Assembly (NCBI GenBank): GCA_040879685.1
Contig: JBBDJW010000005.1
Location: forward strand, 21,741-85,740
DNA from: Minisyncoccota bacterium
GTDB taxonomy: Bacteria; Patescibacteriota; Minisyncoccia; Phycocordibacterales; UBA2135
Reading direction: 5' to 3'
Length of the DNA stretch: 64,000 nt
Under the pieces are notes generated by a model. It saw only the letters and a list, made by a program, of their open reading frames with translations. It was not told the DNA's origin and did not search any database. Every line of letters starts with the position of its first letter. The stretch's first letter is position 1. This document shows, piece by piece, positions 55,884-64,000 of the stretch. A program made the translations under genes and the position numbers.

Positions 55884-56099
55884 CTAAATCACTCCTATCT
55901 CCAATAGATAACCAGCAACGACAAGCACAACGCCCGACCAGCCGACAAACTGCTCTATCTTCATTGTTGTAAAAACTTTTCGGTCAATTTTATGTTCACG
56001 CAATACGCGATGATGTACCCGAAGCGCGGCATAAGCAATAAAGAGTGTCCCAAGAACCTCAAGAGTAAGTCCCATGTTGCTTGTTATTGCACCTATCAT
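55884..56099 (-). CDS. hypothetical small membrane protein (71 aa, 2 predicted TM segments)
   Basis: Lies immediately downstream of trxB on the same strand. Hydrophobic segments LTLEVLGTLFIAYAAL and GWSGVVLVVAGYLLEIGVI. Uncertain. Confidence 0.35.
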   Translation of the reverse strand: MIGAITSNMGLTLEVLGTLFIAYAALRVHHRVLREHKIDRKVFTTMKIEQFVGWSGVVLVVAGYLLEIGVI

Positions 56100-56102
56100 A
56101 AA

Positions 56103-57086
56103 TTATTTTTGTATGAGCTTATGTTTGGAAGGTTGTTGATGAAGTGGACACAAATCACCATGCTTTTTTATCTCTTCATAAGCTGAAGTGGCGGCAAGCG
56201 CTCCTGATGCGGCGGCAGTGATGGCCTGCTTAAAAGAACCAAAGTGGTTCATAGTATCCCCCGCAACCAAAAGTCCATCAACACCTGTGTGCATTGTGGC
56301 ATCAACTTCAATATAACCATGCTTGCCGAGCTTTACGCCAAGCGGTTTTACAAGCTCCACATGAGGAACATATCCTATCTGAACAAACAAAGCATCAACA
56401 ACAAGCTCCTTGCTTCCGTTAAATGCCTTTGTAAGAATTACCTTTTCAAACTTTTCATCTCCCACAATTTCTTTTACTTCCGTTTCCTGCAAAACCTCTA
56501 CTTTTTCTCCCACCCTCTCAAGATTCTCACGGTTAACCGGCTCGCCTGAGAGCGTCGCTTCGCGGTTTATGATATACACTTTTTCTGCATACTCTGAAGC
56601 GAGTGTCGCGGCCTTCACCGCGCTGTCTCCCCCACCAGCAATCGCGATTTTTTTGCCGGTATAGAGCGGGCCGTCGCACGTAACACAATAATGAACTCCT
56701 TTGCCTGTGAGCTCTTTTTCATTAGGGATGTTGAGTTTTCTGCTTTCAGCCCCACCGGCAAAGATAACAACTGTTGCGTGATAGCGCTCATCTCCCGCCA
56801 TCAATGTAAAGCAATGATTTTCTTTTTTTAAGCTCTTTACTTCCGTGCTTTTAAATTCTGCCCCAACTTCTTTGGCTTGCTCTTTCATAATTTTTGTGAG
56901 CTCATAGCCGTCAAGCGACTTCACACCAGGGTAGTTGGCAATTTTCCCCGCCGTTGCCGTCTCACCTCCCGGCTCTTTCTCAAAAACAACCGTATCAAGC
57001 AAGTAACGCCCGCAATAGAGACCCGCCGCAAGGCCTGCAACACCGGAGCCAATAATGGCAACGTCATAGATATTTTTTTTCTCCAT
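56103..57086 (-). CDS. trxB: thioredoxin-disulfide reductase
   Basis: IGSGVAGLAAGLY (FAD), CVTCDG redox motif and a second Rossmann motif GGGDSA. Start at MEKKNIYDV (57086). Confidence 0.88.
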   Translation of the reverse strand: MEKKNIYDVAIIGSGVAGLAAGLYCGRYLLDTVVFEKEPGGETATAGKIANYPGVKSLDGYELTKIMKEQAKEVGAEFKSTEVKSLKKENHCFTLMAGDERYHATVVIFAGGAESRKLNIPNEKELTGKGVHYCVTCDGPLYTGKKIAIAGGGDSAVKAATLASEYAEKVYIINREATLSGEPVNRENLERVGEKVEVLQETEVKEIVGDEKFEKVILTKAFNGSKELVVDALFVQIGYVPHVELVKPLGVKLGKHGYIEVDATMHTGVDGLLVAGDTMNHFGSFKQAITAAASGALAATSAYEEIKKHGDLCPLHQQPSKHKLIQK

Positions 57087-57273
57087 TACGTTTATAATAC
57101 CACGCCAGGAGGACATTGGGTGAGCACGTGTGGATATCCCGATAGAGTAAAAGGTTAAGGGTATGTGTTTTTTTAGACACGCACGCCCAACTAATCGCAC
57201 GTTCTTACTCCTCAATCTTTCGGCTCTGATTTTGTATGTTATGTACCGCACTGCTCTATGCTACAATAAAAAC

Positions 57274-58272
57274 ATGAACAACATTGATTTTCTTGCAATT
57301 GGTGACATAACCGCCGACGCGTTTATACGCCTTTCGGGGAATGATGCCGATATAATAAAAAATCCCAATGAAGAAGGGAGTAAAATTTGCTTTAATTTTG
57401 GCGATAAAATTGAATATGATTTTGTAAAACAAGTCTATGCTGTCGGTAATAGCCCCAATGCGGCAGTTTCTGCTGTACGGCTTGGACTCTCTTCATCTCT
57501 CCTTGCTAACGTAGGGAAGGATGATCTGGGGGAAAAGACCATTGCAACGCTAAAAGAAAACGGAGTTACTACATCCCTTATTCGCACTCACGCCGGTAAA
57601 AAAACAAATCAGCATTATGTCCTCTGGTATGGCGCGGAACGCACTATTCTCATCAACCACGAAGAATATCCGTATGAGCTTTCCAATATTGGAGATCCTC
57701 AATGGATTTATTTTTCATCCTTAGGAGAGAAGTCAATTGAGTTTCATCATGCGCTTGCCGCATGGCAAAAAGAGCATCCCAAAACAAAGCTTGCCTTTCA
57801 GCCGGGAACATTTCAAATTCGTCTTGGGAAAGACAAGCTCAAAGACCTCTACGAAGTAACTGAACTCTTTTTTTGTAATGTACAGGAAGCGCAACGTATT
57901 TTAGAAACTGAAGAATCTGATATTAAAGCGCTTTTGAAAAGCATGTGTGCACTCGGGCCACGCATCTCTATCATCACCGACGGTCCGCGCGGTGCCTATA
58001 CCTACGATGGAGAAGAAATCTGGCATATGCCAATGTATCCAGACCCGAAAGAGCCGCTTGATAGAACCGGTGCGGGTGATTCCTTTGCGAGCACCTTTAC
58101 CGCAATGCTCGCACTCGGAGAGAGTGTCCCCGAGGCGCTTCGTCGCGCTCCTATTAATTCAATGTCTGTCGTTCAGTATATCGGCGCACAAGAAGGCCTC
58201 CTCTCGCGCGAGGTACTTGAAGAGCATCTCAAAAACGCTCCCGCTGACTATAAAGCAACTAAAGTAGAGTAG
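57274..58272 (+). CDS. PfkB-family carbohydrate/nucleoside kinase (ribokinase-like)
   Basis: DRTGAGDSFASTF (PfkB signature 2) and an N-terminal GD..D motif. ATG at 57274. Confidence 0.8.
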   Translation: MNNIDFLAIGDITADAFIRLSGNDADIIKNPNEEGSKICFNFGDKIEYDFVKQVYAVGNSPNAAVSAVRLGLSSSLLANVGKDDLGEKTIATLKENGVTTSLIRTHAGKKTNQHYVLWYGAERTILINHEEYPYELSNIGDPQWIYFSSLGEKSIEFHHALAAWQKEHPKTKLAFQPGTFQIRLGKDKLKDLYEVTELFFCNVQEAQRILETEESDIKALLKSMCALGPRISIITDGPRGAYTYDGEEIWHMPMYPDPKEPLDRTGAGDSFASTFTAMLALGESVPEALRRAPINSMSVVQYIGAQEGLLSREVLEEHLKNAPADYKATKVE

Positions 58273-58277
58273 AAAAA

Positions 58278-58305
58278 CAATCCCTGGACATCCGATGTCC
58301 GGGGG
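58278..58305. terminator. hairpin CCCTGGACATCcGATGTCCGGGG, a terminator for murF (minus strand, followed by UUGUUUUUCU) and probably also for the PfkB gene
   Basis: Shares the core GGACATC(S)GATGTCC with the uvrB terminator at 53330-53358. Confidence 0.6.
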
Positions 58306-58341
58306 TTACTATACTCAAACACCTATTGTATATTTGTACGA

Positions 58342-59640
58342 TTACCGCTCTTGCCATTCCTTTTCCTGACGGACAAGCAGATGTTCTGCGTTCTCTTTAT
58401 CAGCAAGCAACTGCACAAGCGCTTTTTCCATCCGTATGCTTTGTGATGCCTTCAGAAGCACAACATCTCCTTCTTGTATAAAATCTGCCAGAAACTCCCC
58501 CGCTTCTTCCGAGCTTGCAAAATGATAGATATTTTTCTTGAGCATCTTTTTACGATATGCCTCTTCGCCCGCAAGTTCTGCGCGATGCCCCACACTCACA
58601 AGAATGTCTGCGTTGACCTTGGCAAGTGCTCCCATTTTTTTATGCTCATCGGCAGTGTACTTCCCAAGCTCAAGCATGTCTCCCAAAACCGCAATTTTCC
58701 TCCCTTGGGTCTTAATCTCACCAAGCGCCTCTAGTGATGCACGAAGCGCGGTTGGTGATGAGTTATAGGTGTCGTCAATAAGTGTTGTCCCCTTCACTCC
58801 TTCTAAGAGTTTCCCGCGCCCGGGTGGTAAAGATCGCTTACCAAGAATCTCAAGCATTTCAACCATATTCATCCCTAACGTGACGCCCACCGAAAAGGCG
58901 GCAAGAGCAGAGTAAATAGAAGCAATGCTAACACTTTCCATAATGCGCAACGGCAAAACCTTGTCACCATACTCTATGCGACAGCCAACTCCTTTCACCC
59001 TTCCTTTCTCGTCATATAATAATTCTTTATTCAAGGCTCTTACCATCGCTTCGCGGGCAAACCCAAACGAGATCACCTTCTTTTCTGGAATAGTTTGAAT
59101 AAGCCGTTTGACATCTTTATCATCAATAGTAAGAACCGCCGTTTTGCCCTCTTTAAGCACCTGTATAAGCGATGCTTTCTCTTCAATCAATGCTTCCCGA
59201 GACGGAAAAAACTCTATATGGACCGGTACATCGCCAAAGCGAGTAATAACGGCAATATCAGGCTTAAGCCAACGAGTGATCCGTGGAATATCTCCAGGGC
59301 GATCTGTCCCTACCTCAAGAACAAGTATTTTAGGATAATGATTTTTTAAAACAATCAGAAGTATTCCTTCAATGAGAATCTTAAACCATGTAGAGGCATT
59401 GTTCCAGCCACTCTCACAACCAAGGATGGTAAGTGGCACACCAAACTCGCTATTAAAACTTTTTTTACTTCTCTGTACAAAATATTTTTTTTCCAAAACA
59501 TCCGCGATAGCATCCTTACTTGTCGTCTTCCCTACGCTTCCCGTAATGGCAATAATCATTGGCTTATACTTACGCAGTACAAGCCATGCCTCAAAGGTAA
59601 GTAAAAAAATAATAATTGATTTAAATACTTTTTTAACCAT
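58342..59640 (-). CDS. murF: UDP-N-acetylmuramoyl-tripeptide--D-alanyl-D-alanine ligase. The usual N-terminal domain is replaced by a short TM segment.
   Basis: IAITGSVGKTTSKD P-loop at residue about 30. DDTYNSSP...RKIAVLGDMLELG is the MurF hallmark. Confidence 0.8.
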   Translation of the reverse strand: MVKKVFKSIIIFLLTFEAWLVLRKYKPMIIAITGSVGKTTSKDAIADVLEKKYFVQRSKKSFNSEFGVPLTILGCESGWNNASTWFKILIEGILLIVLKNHYPKILVLEVGTDRPGDIPRITRWLKPDIAVITRFGDVPVHIEFFPSREALIEEKASLIQVLKEGKTAVLTIDDKDVKRLIQTIPEKKVISFGFAREAMVRALNKELLYDEKGRVKGVGCRIEYGDKVLPLRIMESVSIASIYSALAAFSVGVTLGMNMVEMLEILGKRSLPPGRGKLLEGVKGTTLIDDTYNSSPTALRASLEALGEIKTQGRKIAVLGDMLELGKYTADEHKKMGALAKVNADILVSVGHRAELAGEEAYRKKMLKKNIYHFASSEEAGEFLADFIQEGDVVLLKASQSIRMEKALVQLLADKENAEHLLVRQEKEWQER

Positions 59641-59648
59641 AAAAGGGT

Positions 59649-61361
59649 TTAGCGATCCGGAGGAATTTCATAATAGGTAAGAAGAAATTTCATAATATCC
59701 ATAAAAGGATGAGTGAGTGTTTCTGAGGCATAACGAACTCCTTGAGGGTCAAGTATGTAGAGAAATACTAAAAACTTTGGTTCATACGCAGGCGCATACC
59801 CAAAAAACGAATGGAGGTGCCTGTCATCATAATACCCGCCCTCATCTTCTTTAGCAATTTGTGCTGTTCCTGTTTTTGCAGCAATGCTATAGCGAGGAAG
59901 CGCTACTACTCCGCCCAAAAGAGCTTCGTCAACCACTTCTACAAGCATCCTCGTTACCTCATAGGTACTTTCCTCTCGAAAGACACGCGTACGATCCCCA
60001 AATGAAATAAGTTGTATCGGGCGCAAGTCTCTCTCTATTGCATAGCCAGCATGGGGTGTAAGCATAACTCCTCCATTGGCCAGAGACGAGAGCGCACGCA
60101 CCATGGTGATTGGGGTTGTCGCAATACCTTGACCAAATGAAGCGGTTGCAAATTCAATATCACGAGAGCTCTCCAAGTTATTAACGAGCCCCCTCACCTC
60201 ACCGGGAAGGTCAATGCCTGTTTCTTCTCCAAATTCAAGTTTTTTAAAATATTCTCGAAACACATCTCTCCCCACTTCCTGCATAATGTGGACAGCTCCT
60301 GTATTGAGCGATTGATTTAAAATTTCCTGTAAGGGAACAATACCGCGCGCTTTTCCATCATAGTTTTCAATTCGCGCACTGTTAAGAACCACAAATCCTT
60401 TATCATTATACGTATCGTCTGAAGAGAGCGCACCACTATCAATTCCTACTGCCATAGTAAGTGGCTTCATGATAGAGCCAAACTCATAAACATTCTCAAC
60501 GAGAGGGTTGCCAAAGAGTGAAATGTCGGATTCTTCCTTGAATGTGTTTGGGTTAAAGGAGGGTCGTGAAGCCATGGCGTAGAGTGAGCCATCGGTTGGA
60601 TTTATGATAATACCCCCTGCGCCTCGCGCCCCATACTTTGTCATAACTTCAGCAAGAGTATTTTCAAGTATTTGCTGAACCTGTGGCTCAAGAGAGAGTA
60701 CAATATCACCCTCTCCTTTATTTTTATAAAAAAGGGTTTGTTCTATGTTTGCAAAAACTTCAGCAAAAAAATTTATATAGAGGTCTTTTTTGTCTCTTTG
60801 TAAAATATCATTATAATATCGCTCAACCCCATAGCGTCCACTAACTATGTCTCCTTTATACCCTATAAAACCAAGAACGTGCGCCGCTCTTTCTCCCCAT
60901 GGATAAAAACGCCACCTTCTCTTCTGCACAATAACTCCGGGAAGAGAAAGCGCGCTCACCCTTTCCGCCTCTTCTTTGCTCACTTTCTCTAAGAGTTCTT
61001 CATAGGGATCATCCTTCTTCCCCGCTCTAAAGAAAAAATCACCCTCTTCTAACGAGGGGAAAATGAGGGAGAGCTCTTTATACACTTTCCTTGCATCAGA
61101 AAGAACGCGAGGATTTATAGCAATAGTATAGCCGATCTGAAGTGTTGCTGCTGAAATGCGTGAACCGTCTTTTTGTTTAAAATAAATAAAGCCACGATCA
61201 TAAATATCCTGAGAAGGAGATACGTATTGACGATCAGCACGAAGCGCAAAAGATTCACCCTGGAGAATCTGAACAAAAAAAAGTTTCGTAATAAGCAAGC
61301 CAGCAATAAAAAGAGTGACTATATAAAAAAGAGTACTTCTCGTTCTAAACGAATTATTCAT
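59649..61361 (-). CDS. ftsI: penicillin-binding protein (transpeptidase, FtsI/PBP2-like)
   Basis: N-terminal TM segment. SxxK (GSIMKP), SxN (SLNTG) and KTG (KTGTA) motifs. Position in the dcw cluster. Confidence 0.85.
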   Translation of the reverse strand: MNNSFRTRSTLFYIVTLFIAGLLITKLFFVQILQGESFALRADRQYVSPSQDIYDRGFIYFKQKDGSRISAATLQIGYTIAINPRVLSDARKVYKELSLIFPSLEEGDFFFRAGKKDDPYEELLEKVSKEEAERVSALSLPGVIVQKRRWRFYPWGERAAHVLGFIGYKGDIVSGRYGVERYYNDILQRDKKDLYINFFAEVFANIEQTLFYKNKGEGDIVLSLEPQVQQILENTLAEVMTKYGARGAGGIIINPTDGSLYAMASRPSFNPNTFKEESDISLFGNPLVENVYEFGSIMKPLTMAVGIDSGALSSDDTYNDKGFVVLNSARIENYDGKARGIVPLQEILNQSLNTGAVHIMQEVGRDVFREYFKKLEFGEETGIDLPGEVRGLVNNLESSRDIEFATASFGQGIATTPITMVRALSSLANGGVMLTPHAGYAIERDLRPIQLISFGDRTRVFREESTYEVTRMLVEVVDEALLGGVVALPRYSIAAKTGTAQIAKEDEGGYYDDRHLHSFFGYAPAYEPKFLVFLYILDPQGVRYASETLTHPFMDIMKFLLTYYEIPPDR

Positions 61362-61405
61362 ACTGATATACCTCTCTAAGCACTGTCCAAGCTCTCCTCA
61401 GATGA

Positions 61406-61726
61406 CTATTCTATACCAAGATTCCCAACAAGTTGTCGCTGAGATGCAAAGACTTGATTGCGAGGTTCATTAAAACCAAGTATATAAGCCTTTTGATACG
61501 TGATGTAGCTTCTTAGTGCGCCATACTCCCTCTCAAGCTCTCCCACCTGTGCAATAAGCTCTCCCATTTCATGCTCAAGAGACTCTCGCTGTACAATATT
61601 AATGATAAGTGCATTCACAAGATATCCGTATGCCATAAAAAAAACAACTACCAAGCACGCAAGGGAGATAACCAGCTGTTTCTTATTTATGTGGATAACG
61701 TTTTCAATGGATTTCATTTTTTTCAA
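61406..61726 (-). CDS. ftsL: cell division protein FtsL-like (TM segment plus short coiled coil)
   Basis: 106 aa. Sits between rsmH and ftsI. TM helix LACLVVVFFMAYGYLV. Confidence 0.6.
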   Translation of the reverse strand: MKKMKSIENVIHINKKQLVISLACLVVVFFMAYGYLVNALIINIVQRESLEHEMGELIAQVGELEREYGALRSYITYQKAYILGFNEPRNQVFASQRQLVGNLGIE

Positions 61727-62603
61727 TAATTCTTAATTTTGCGCTTCGTGATTTGGGATTGTGCTCTCGCTCATAAGCGCTCGGAGTAATAGGTTTTTTA
61801 TGTATATGTGTGTACGTGCCGTTTTCAACCCACTTCTTAAATGTTTGTTTTACTATCCTATCCTCAAGAGAATGAAATGAGATGACTGCGACGCGACCAT
61901 GTGGTTTTAAAATTTCTGGAACCTGTTCTAAGAGTGCTTCAAGCGCTGAAAGTTCATCATTAACTGCAATGCGAAGTGCTTGAAAGACTCTTGTAGCTCT
62001 ATGTCCTCCTCCCCGGCGCGGCCCGGCAGGAACGCTTTTTAAAATAAGCTCTTGTAAATCTTTTGTTGTATCAAGAGGATGTTCTTTCCGCGTGGCAAGA
62101 ATAGTATCAGCTATCTTGGAGGCAAAAGGTTCTTCTCCGTATTCTTTAAAAATCTGCACAAGATCTTTCTTTCCCCAGCGATTAACTATTTCATAAGCAG
62201 TAAGAGCTCCTGTAGGAAAATCTTTTGTAAAGGTCATAAGAAGTGGTTCATCTTTTCTGAATGAAAAACCTCTTCCAGATTGTTCAATCTGCTCTGTCCG
62301 TAAGCCTAAATCAAGCACAAGGGCATCTATGGTGTTAAAAGAAAGCTTGGTAAGTATCTCTTTTAGATTCCTAAAATTTCCTTGTACAAAATGCTTTTCT
62401 GTCGGGAAACTCTTCAATCGTCTTTCCGCCTCTTTTAGTGCCGTCTCATCCTCGTCAATGCCAATCAGAACCCCTTTCTCACCGATAATTTCGCATATTT
62501 TTAAGGCATGGCCACCGTTACCGAGTGTGCCATCAACAACGACAAAGCCTCTCTTTAGATTCAAGCCTTTAATAACCTCTTGTAAAAGAACACTCTCGTG
62601 CAT
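61704..62603 (-). CDS. rsmH: 16S rRNA (cytosine1402-N4)-methyltransferase RsmH/MraW
   Basis: MHESVLLQEVIKGLNLKRGFVVVDGTLGNGGHA. Confidence 0.9.
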   Translation of the reverse strand: MHESVLLQEVIKGLNLKRGFVVVDGTLGNGGHALKICEIIGEKGVLIGIDEDETALKEAERRLKSFPTEKHFVQGNFRNLKEILTKLSFNTIDALVLDLGLRTEQIEQSGRGFSFRKDEPLLMTFTKDFPTGALTAYEIVNRWGKKDLVQIFKEYGEEPFASKIADTILATRKEHPLDTTKDLQELILKSVPAGPRRGGGHRATRVFQALRIAVNDELSALEALLEQVPEILKPHGRVAVISFHSLEDRIVKQTFKKWVENGTYTHIHKKPITPSAYEREHNPKSRSAKLRIIEKNEIH

Positions 62604-62608
62604 GAAAA

Positions 62609-63043
62609 TTAGATCGCTCCAATCTCACCCAATTTTTCGGCAAGTGTATCTGCTTGGGTTTCAATATGTTTCTTGTAATCATTCCATGCCTTCTCGCCCC
62701 AAATCTCAACGTGCCCCCCTACTCCTACCAACACCACCTTACTTTTAAGTCCCGCAAACTCTTTCAAAAAATCAGGAACAAGAATTCTCCCAAGAGAATC
62801 AATGGAGGCATCAAGTGCGCCGGAGAGCATAAAACGAGTAAACCCTCTTGTATCTTTCTGCCCCATTGAAAGGGCACTTAATTTCTCTGCGACCTTTTCC
62901 CACTCTTTCTTTGAATAAACATATAAACAGTTATCAAAGCCGCGAGTAATGACAATGTTCTTACCAAATTCCTTTCTGAATTTCACAGGCAATGAAAGCC
63001 TTTTTTTCGCATCAATACTGTGTCTGTATTCACCAATCAACAT
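62609..63043 (-). CDS. mraZ: transcriptional regulator MraZ
   Basis: MLIGEYRHSIDAKKRLSLP and a second DxxxR-type repeat (GRILVP). ATG at 63043 is preferred over the GTG at 63052. Confidence 0.85.
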   Translation of the reverse strand: MLIGEYRHSIDAKKRLSLPVKFRKEFGKNIVITRGFDNCLYVYSKKEWEKVAEKLSALSMGQKDTRGFTRFMLSGALDASIDSLGRILVPDFLKEFAGLKSKVVLVGVGGHVEIWGEKAWNDYKKHIETQADTLAEKLGEIGAI

Positions 63044-63046
63044 ATT

Positions 63047-63092
63047 TCCCACTATTTACCACTTTCTTAAATTATATACTACTTTCTCCCAC
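63047..63092 (-). promoter_or_regulatory. putative MraZ operator/promoter: GTGGGA (63087-63092), TATAAT -10 hexamer (63071-63076), GTGGTA (63057-63062), GTGGGA (63047-63052)
   Basis: Read on the minus strand. Box spacings of 30 and 10 bp fit the known 10-bp phasing of MraZ TGGGN repeats. Confidence 0.4.
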
Positions 63093-63115
63093 TTCACTAA
63101 AAAGTTATCCACATC

Positions 63116-63154
63116 AATAAACCGCTAAAATCTAAAAGATTTTAGCGGTTTATT
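63116..63154. repeat. 39-bp perfect hairpin/palindrome AATAAACCGCTAAAATCTaaaAGATTTTAGCGGTTTATT upstream of the dcw operon promoter
   Basis: 18-bp perfect arms, seen directly. Confidence 0.6.
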
Positions 63155-63239
63155 GGTTTCTGAGAGTCTCTAGCTTTTCCAAAAGGCATGGTACAAGAGC
63201 GTCTCGGTGCACTTGCAAGGTTGTGCCTTTAAAAGGTTA

Positions 63240-63263
63240 CTTACTTCAGTTAACTGAAGTAAG
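63240..63263. repeat. 24-bp perfect palindrome CTTACTTCAGTTAACTGAAGTAAG
   Basis: Seen directly. Lies in the intergenic region between greA and mraZ. Confidence 0.6.
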
Positions 63264-63443
63264 TCGTCTTTCAAACTTCACTCTCTAAATGCAGGGGTAT
63301 CTTTTTGTCCGAATCATCTCATTTCTTGGAGGTAACCTTGTTTAAAGCCCGACTTTAAAACAAGGTGAGTATTTGGATAATTGTAACGCACCTCTGTACC
63401 GCTCGTATAGTGTGTTAGCAACACATACGCCGAAGGGTGTAGA

Positions 63444-63929
63444 TTACGCAATTTTGATGACACTATAGGAAATATCTCCTTTCGGTGACCGGCAAAGCGC
63501 TTCCTCACCTTTTTTCTTTCCCATAAGTGCTTCACCTAACGGACAGCGATTTGAAATTTTTCCTTCTACAATATTTGATTCTTCCGCTCCAACAATTTCG
63601 TACGTCTTTGTAGAACTCTCTCCCTCCTTCTTAAGTGTTACCACCGAACCAATAGAGACAGAGTCAATCTTGTGATCCAAGACAACAACGGCGTTTTTAA
63701 GAACTGCCTCAATGGTGGCAATCCGCTCTTCAATACCGGCTTGTGCATCTCGCGCTTCCTGGTATTCAGCATTTTCTGATAGGTCGCCGAGGGATTTTGT
63801 GTATTCAAGCTTATCCGCAATTTCTTTTCGTTTTTCTGTTTTGAGCGTTTTAAGTTCTTTTGTAAGCTCATTTTGTTTCTCTTGACTTAAATATATTTTC
63901 CCCTCTTCGGCATTTTTTGCAATATCCAT
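63444..63929 (-). CDS. greA: transcription elongation factor GreA
   Basis: Coiled-coil N-terminus with GDLSENAEYQEARDAQ and a C-terminal FKBP-like domain. Confidence 0.88.
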   Translation of the reverse strand: MDIAKNAEEGKIYLSQEKQNELTKELKTLKTEKRKEIADKLEYTKSLGDLSENAEYQEARDAQAGIEERIATIEAVLKNAVVVLDHKIDSVSIGSVVTLKKEGESSTKTYEIVGAEESNIVEGKISNRCPLGEALMGKKKGEEALCRSPKGDISYSVIKIA

Positions 63930-64000
63930 AATAGTAATTGTTTATTCTTATAGTTTATTCTTATATAGGTTTGGTTGATTATATACACAAATGGCTAAAT

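Noticed and set aside
63921-64000. Direct repeat tttattcttata x2 upstream of greA
   Set aside because: It is too short and AT-rich to distinguish from chance. It may simply be part of the greA promoter.

Overview
This is a gene-dense bacterial chromosomal segment of roughly 90% coding sequence, with about 45% GC and most genes on the minus strand. It looks like core housekeeping DNA from a reduced genome. Short SMC, MurF and UvrC variants, an archaeal-type AspRS, type IV pilin, tight gene overlaps and frequent non-ATG starts point to a Patescibacteria/CPR-like organism; this is inference only.

Genes recognised from the translations:
- **Replication and repair:** dnaE, rnhB, dnaB, recR, and a clustered uvrC / uvrA / uvrB locus.
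- **Chromosome organisation:** a short SMC, plus scpA and scpB elsewhere in the window.
- **Aminoacyl-tRNA synthetases:** thrS (partial at the window edge), cysS, gltX, aspS-like, trpS.
- **Chaperones:** grpE-dnaK-dnaJ.
- **Ribosomal and translation block:** infA-rpmJ-rpsM-rpsK-rpsD-rpoA-rplQ-rplM-rpsI, plus rpmF, rplI, rpmA, rpmE, rplY, prfA and greA.
- **Cell wall and division:** mraZ-rsmH-ftsL-ftsI-murF, a separate mraY-ftsW-murG block, a dacA-like carboxypeptidase, and two secreted coiled-coil hydrolases (one M23, one SLT).
- **Metabolism:** class II fba, trxB, a PfkB kinase, a LOG-family protein and a 2-hydroxyacid dehydrogenase.

I found no rRNA, tRNA, CRISPR array, transposase or obvious defence island.

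The most unusual items:
1. An approximately 135-nt promoter-to-terminator structured element between uvrB and uvrA, a candidate sRNA or leader.
2. Several families of long, often perfect palindromes in intergenic regions: ACACAAGTCWGACTTGTGT (three copies at two loci), GTCAAAAGCTTAGCTTTTGAC (two inverted copies), and TGCCGGCA boxes with a 42-bp palindrome upstream of uvrB.
3. A NusB protein fused to a degenerate Nudix-like domain.
4. Domain-reduced SMC, UvrC and MurF.
5. An orphan protein with 8-aa and 35-aa tandem repeats next to uvrC.

All calls come from reading the translations and the sequence by eye. No database search was run.
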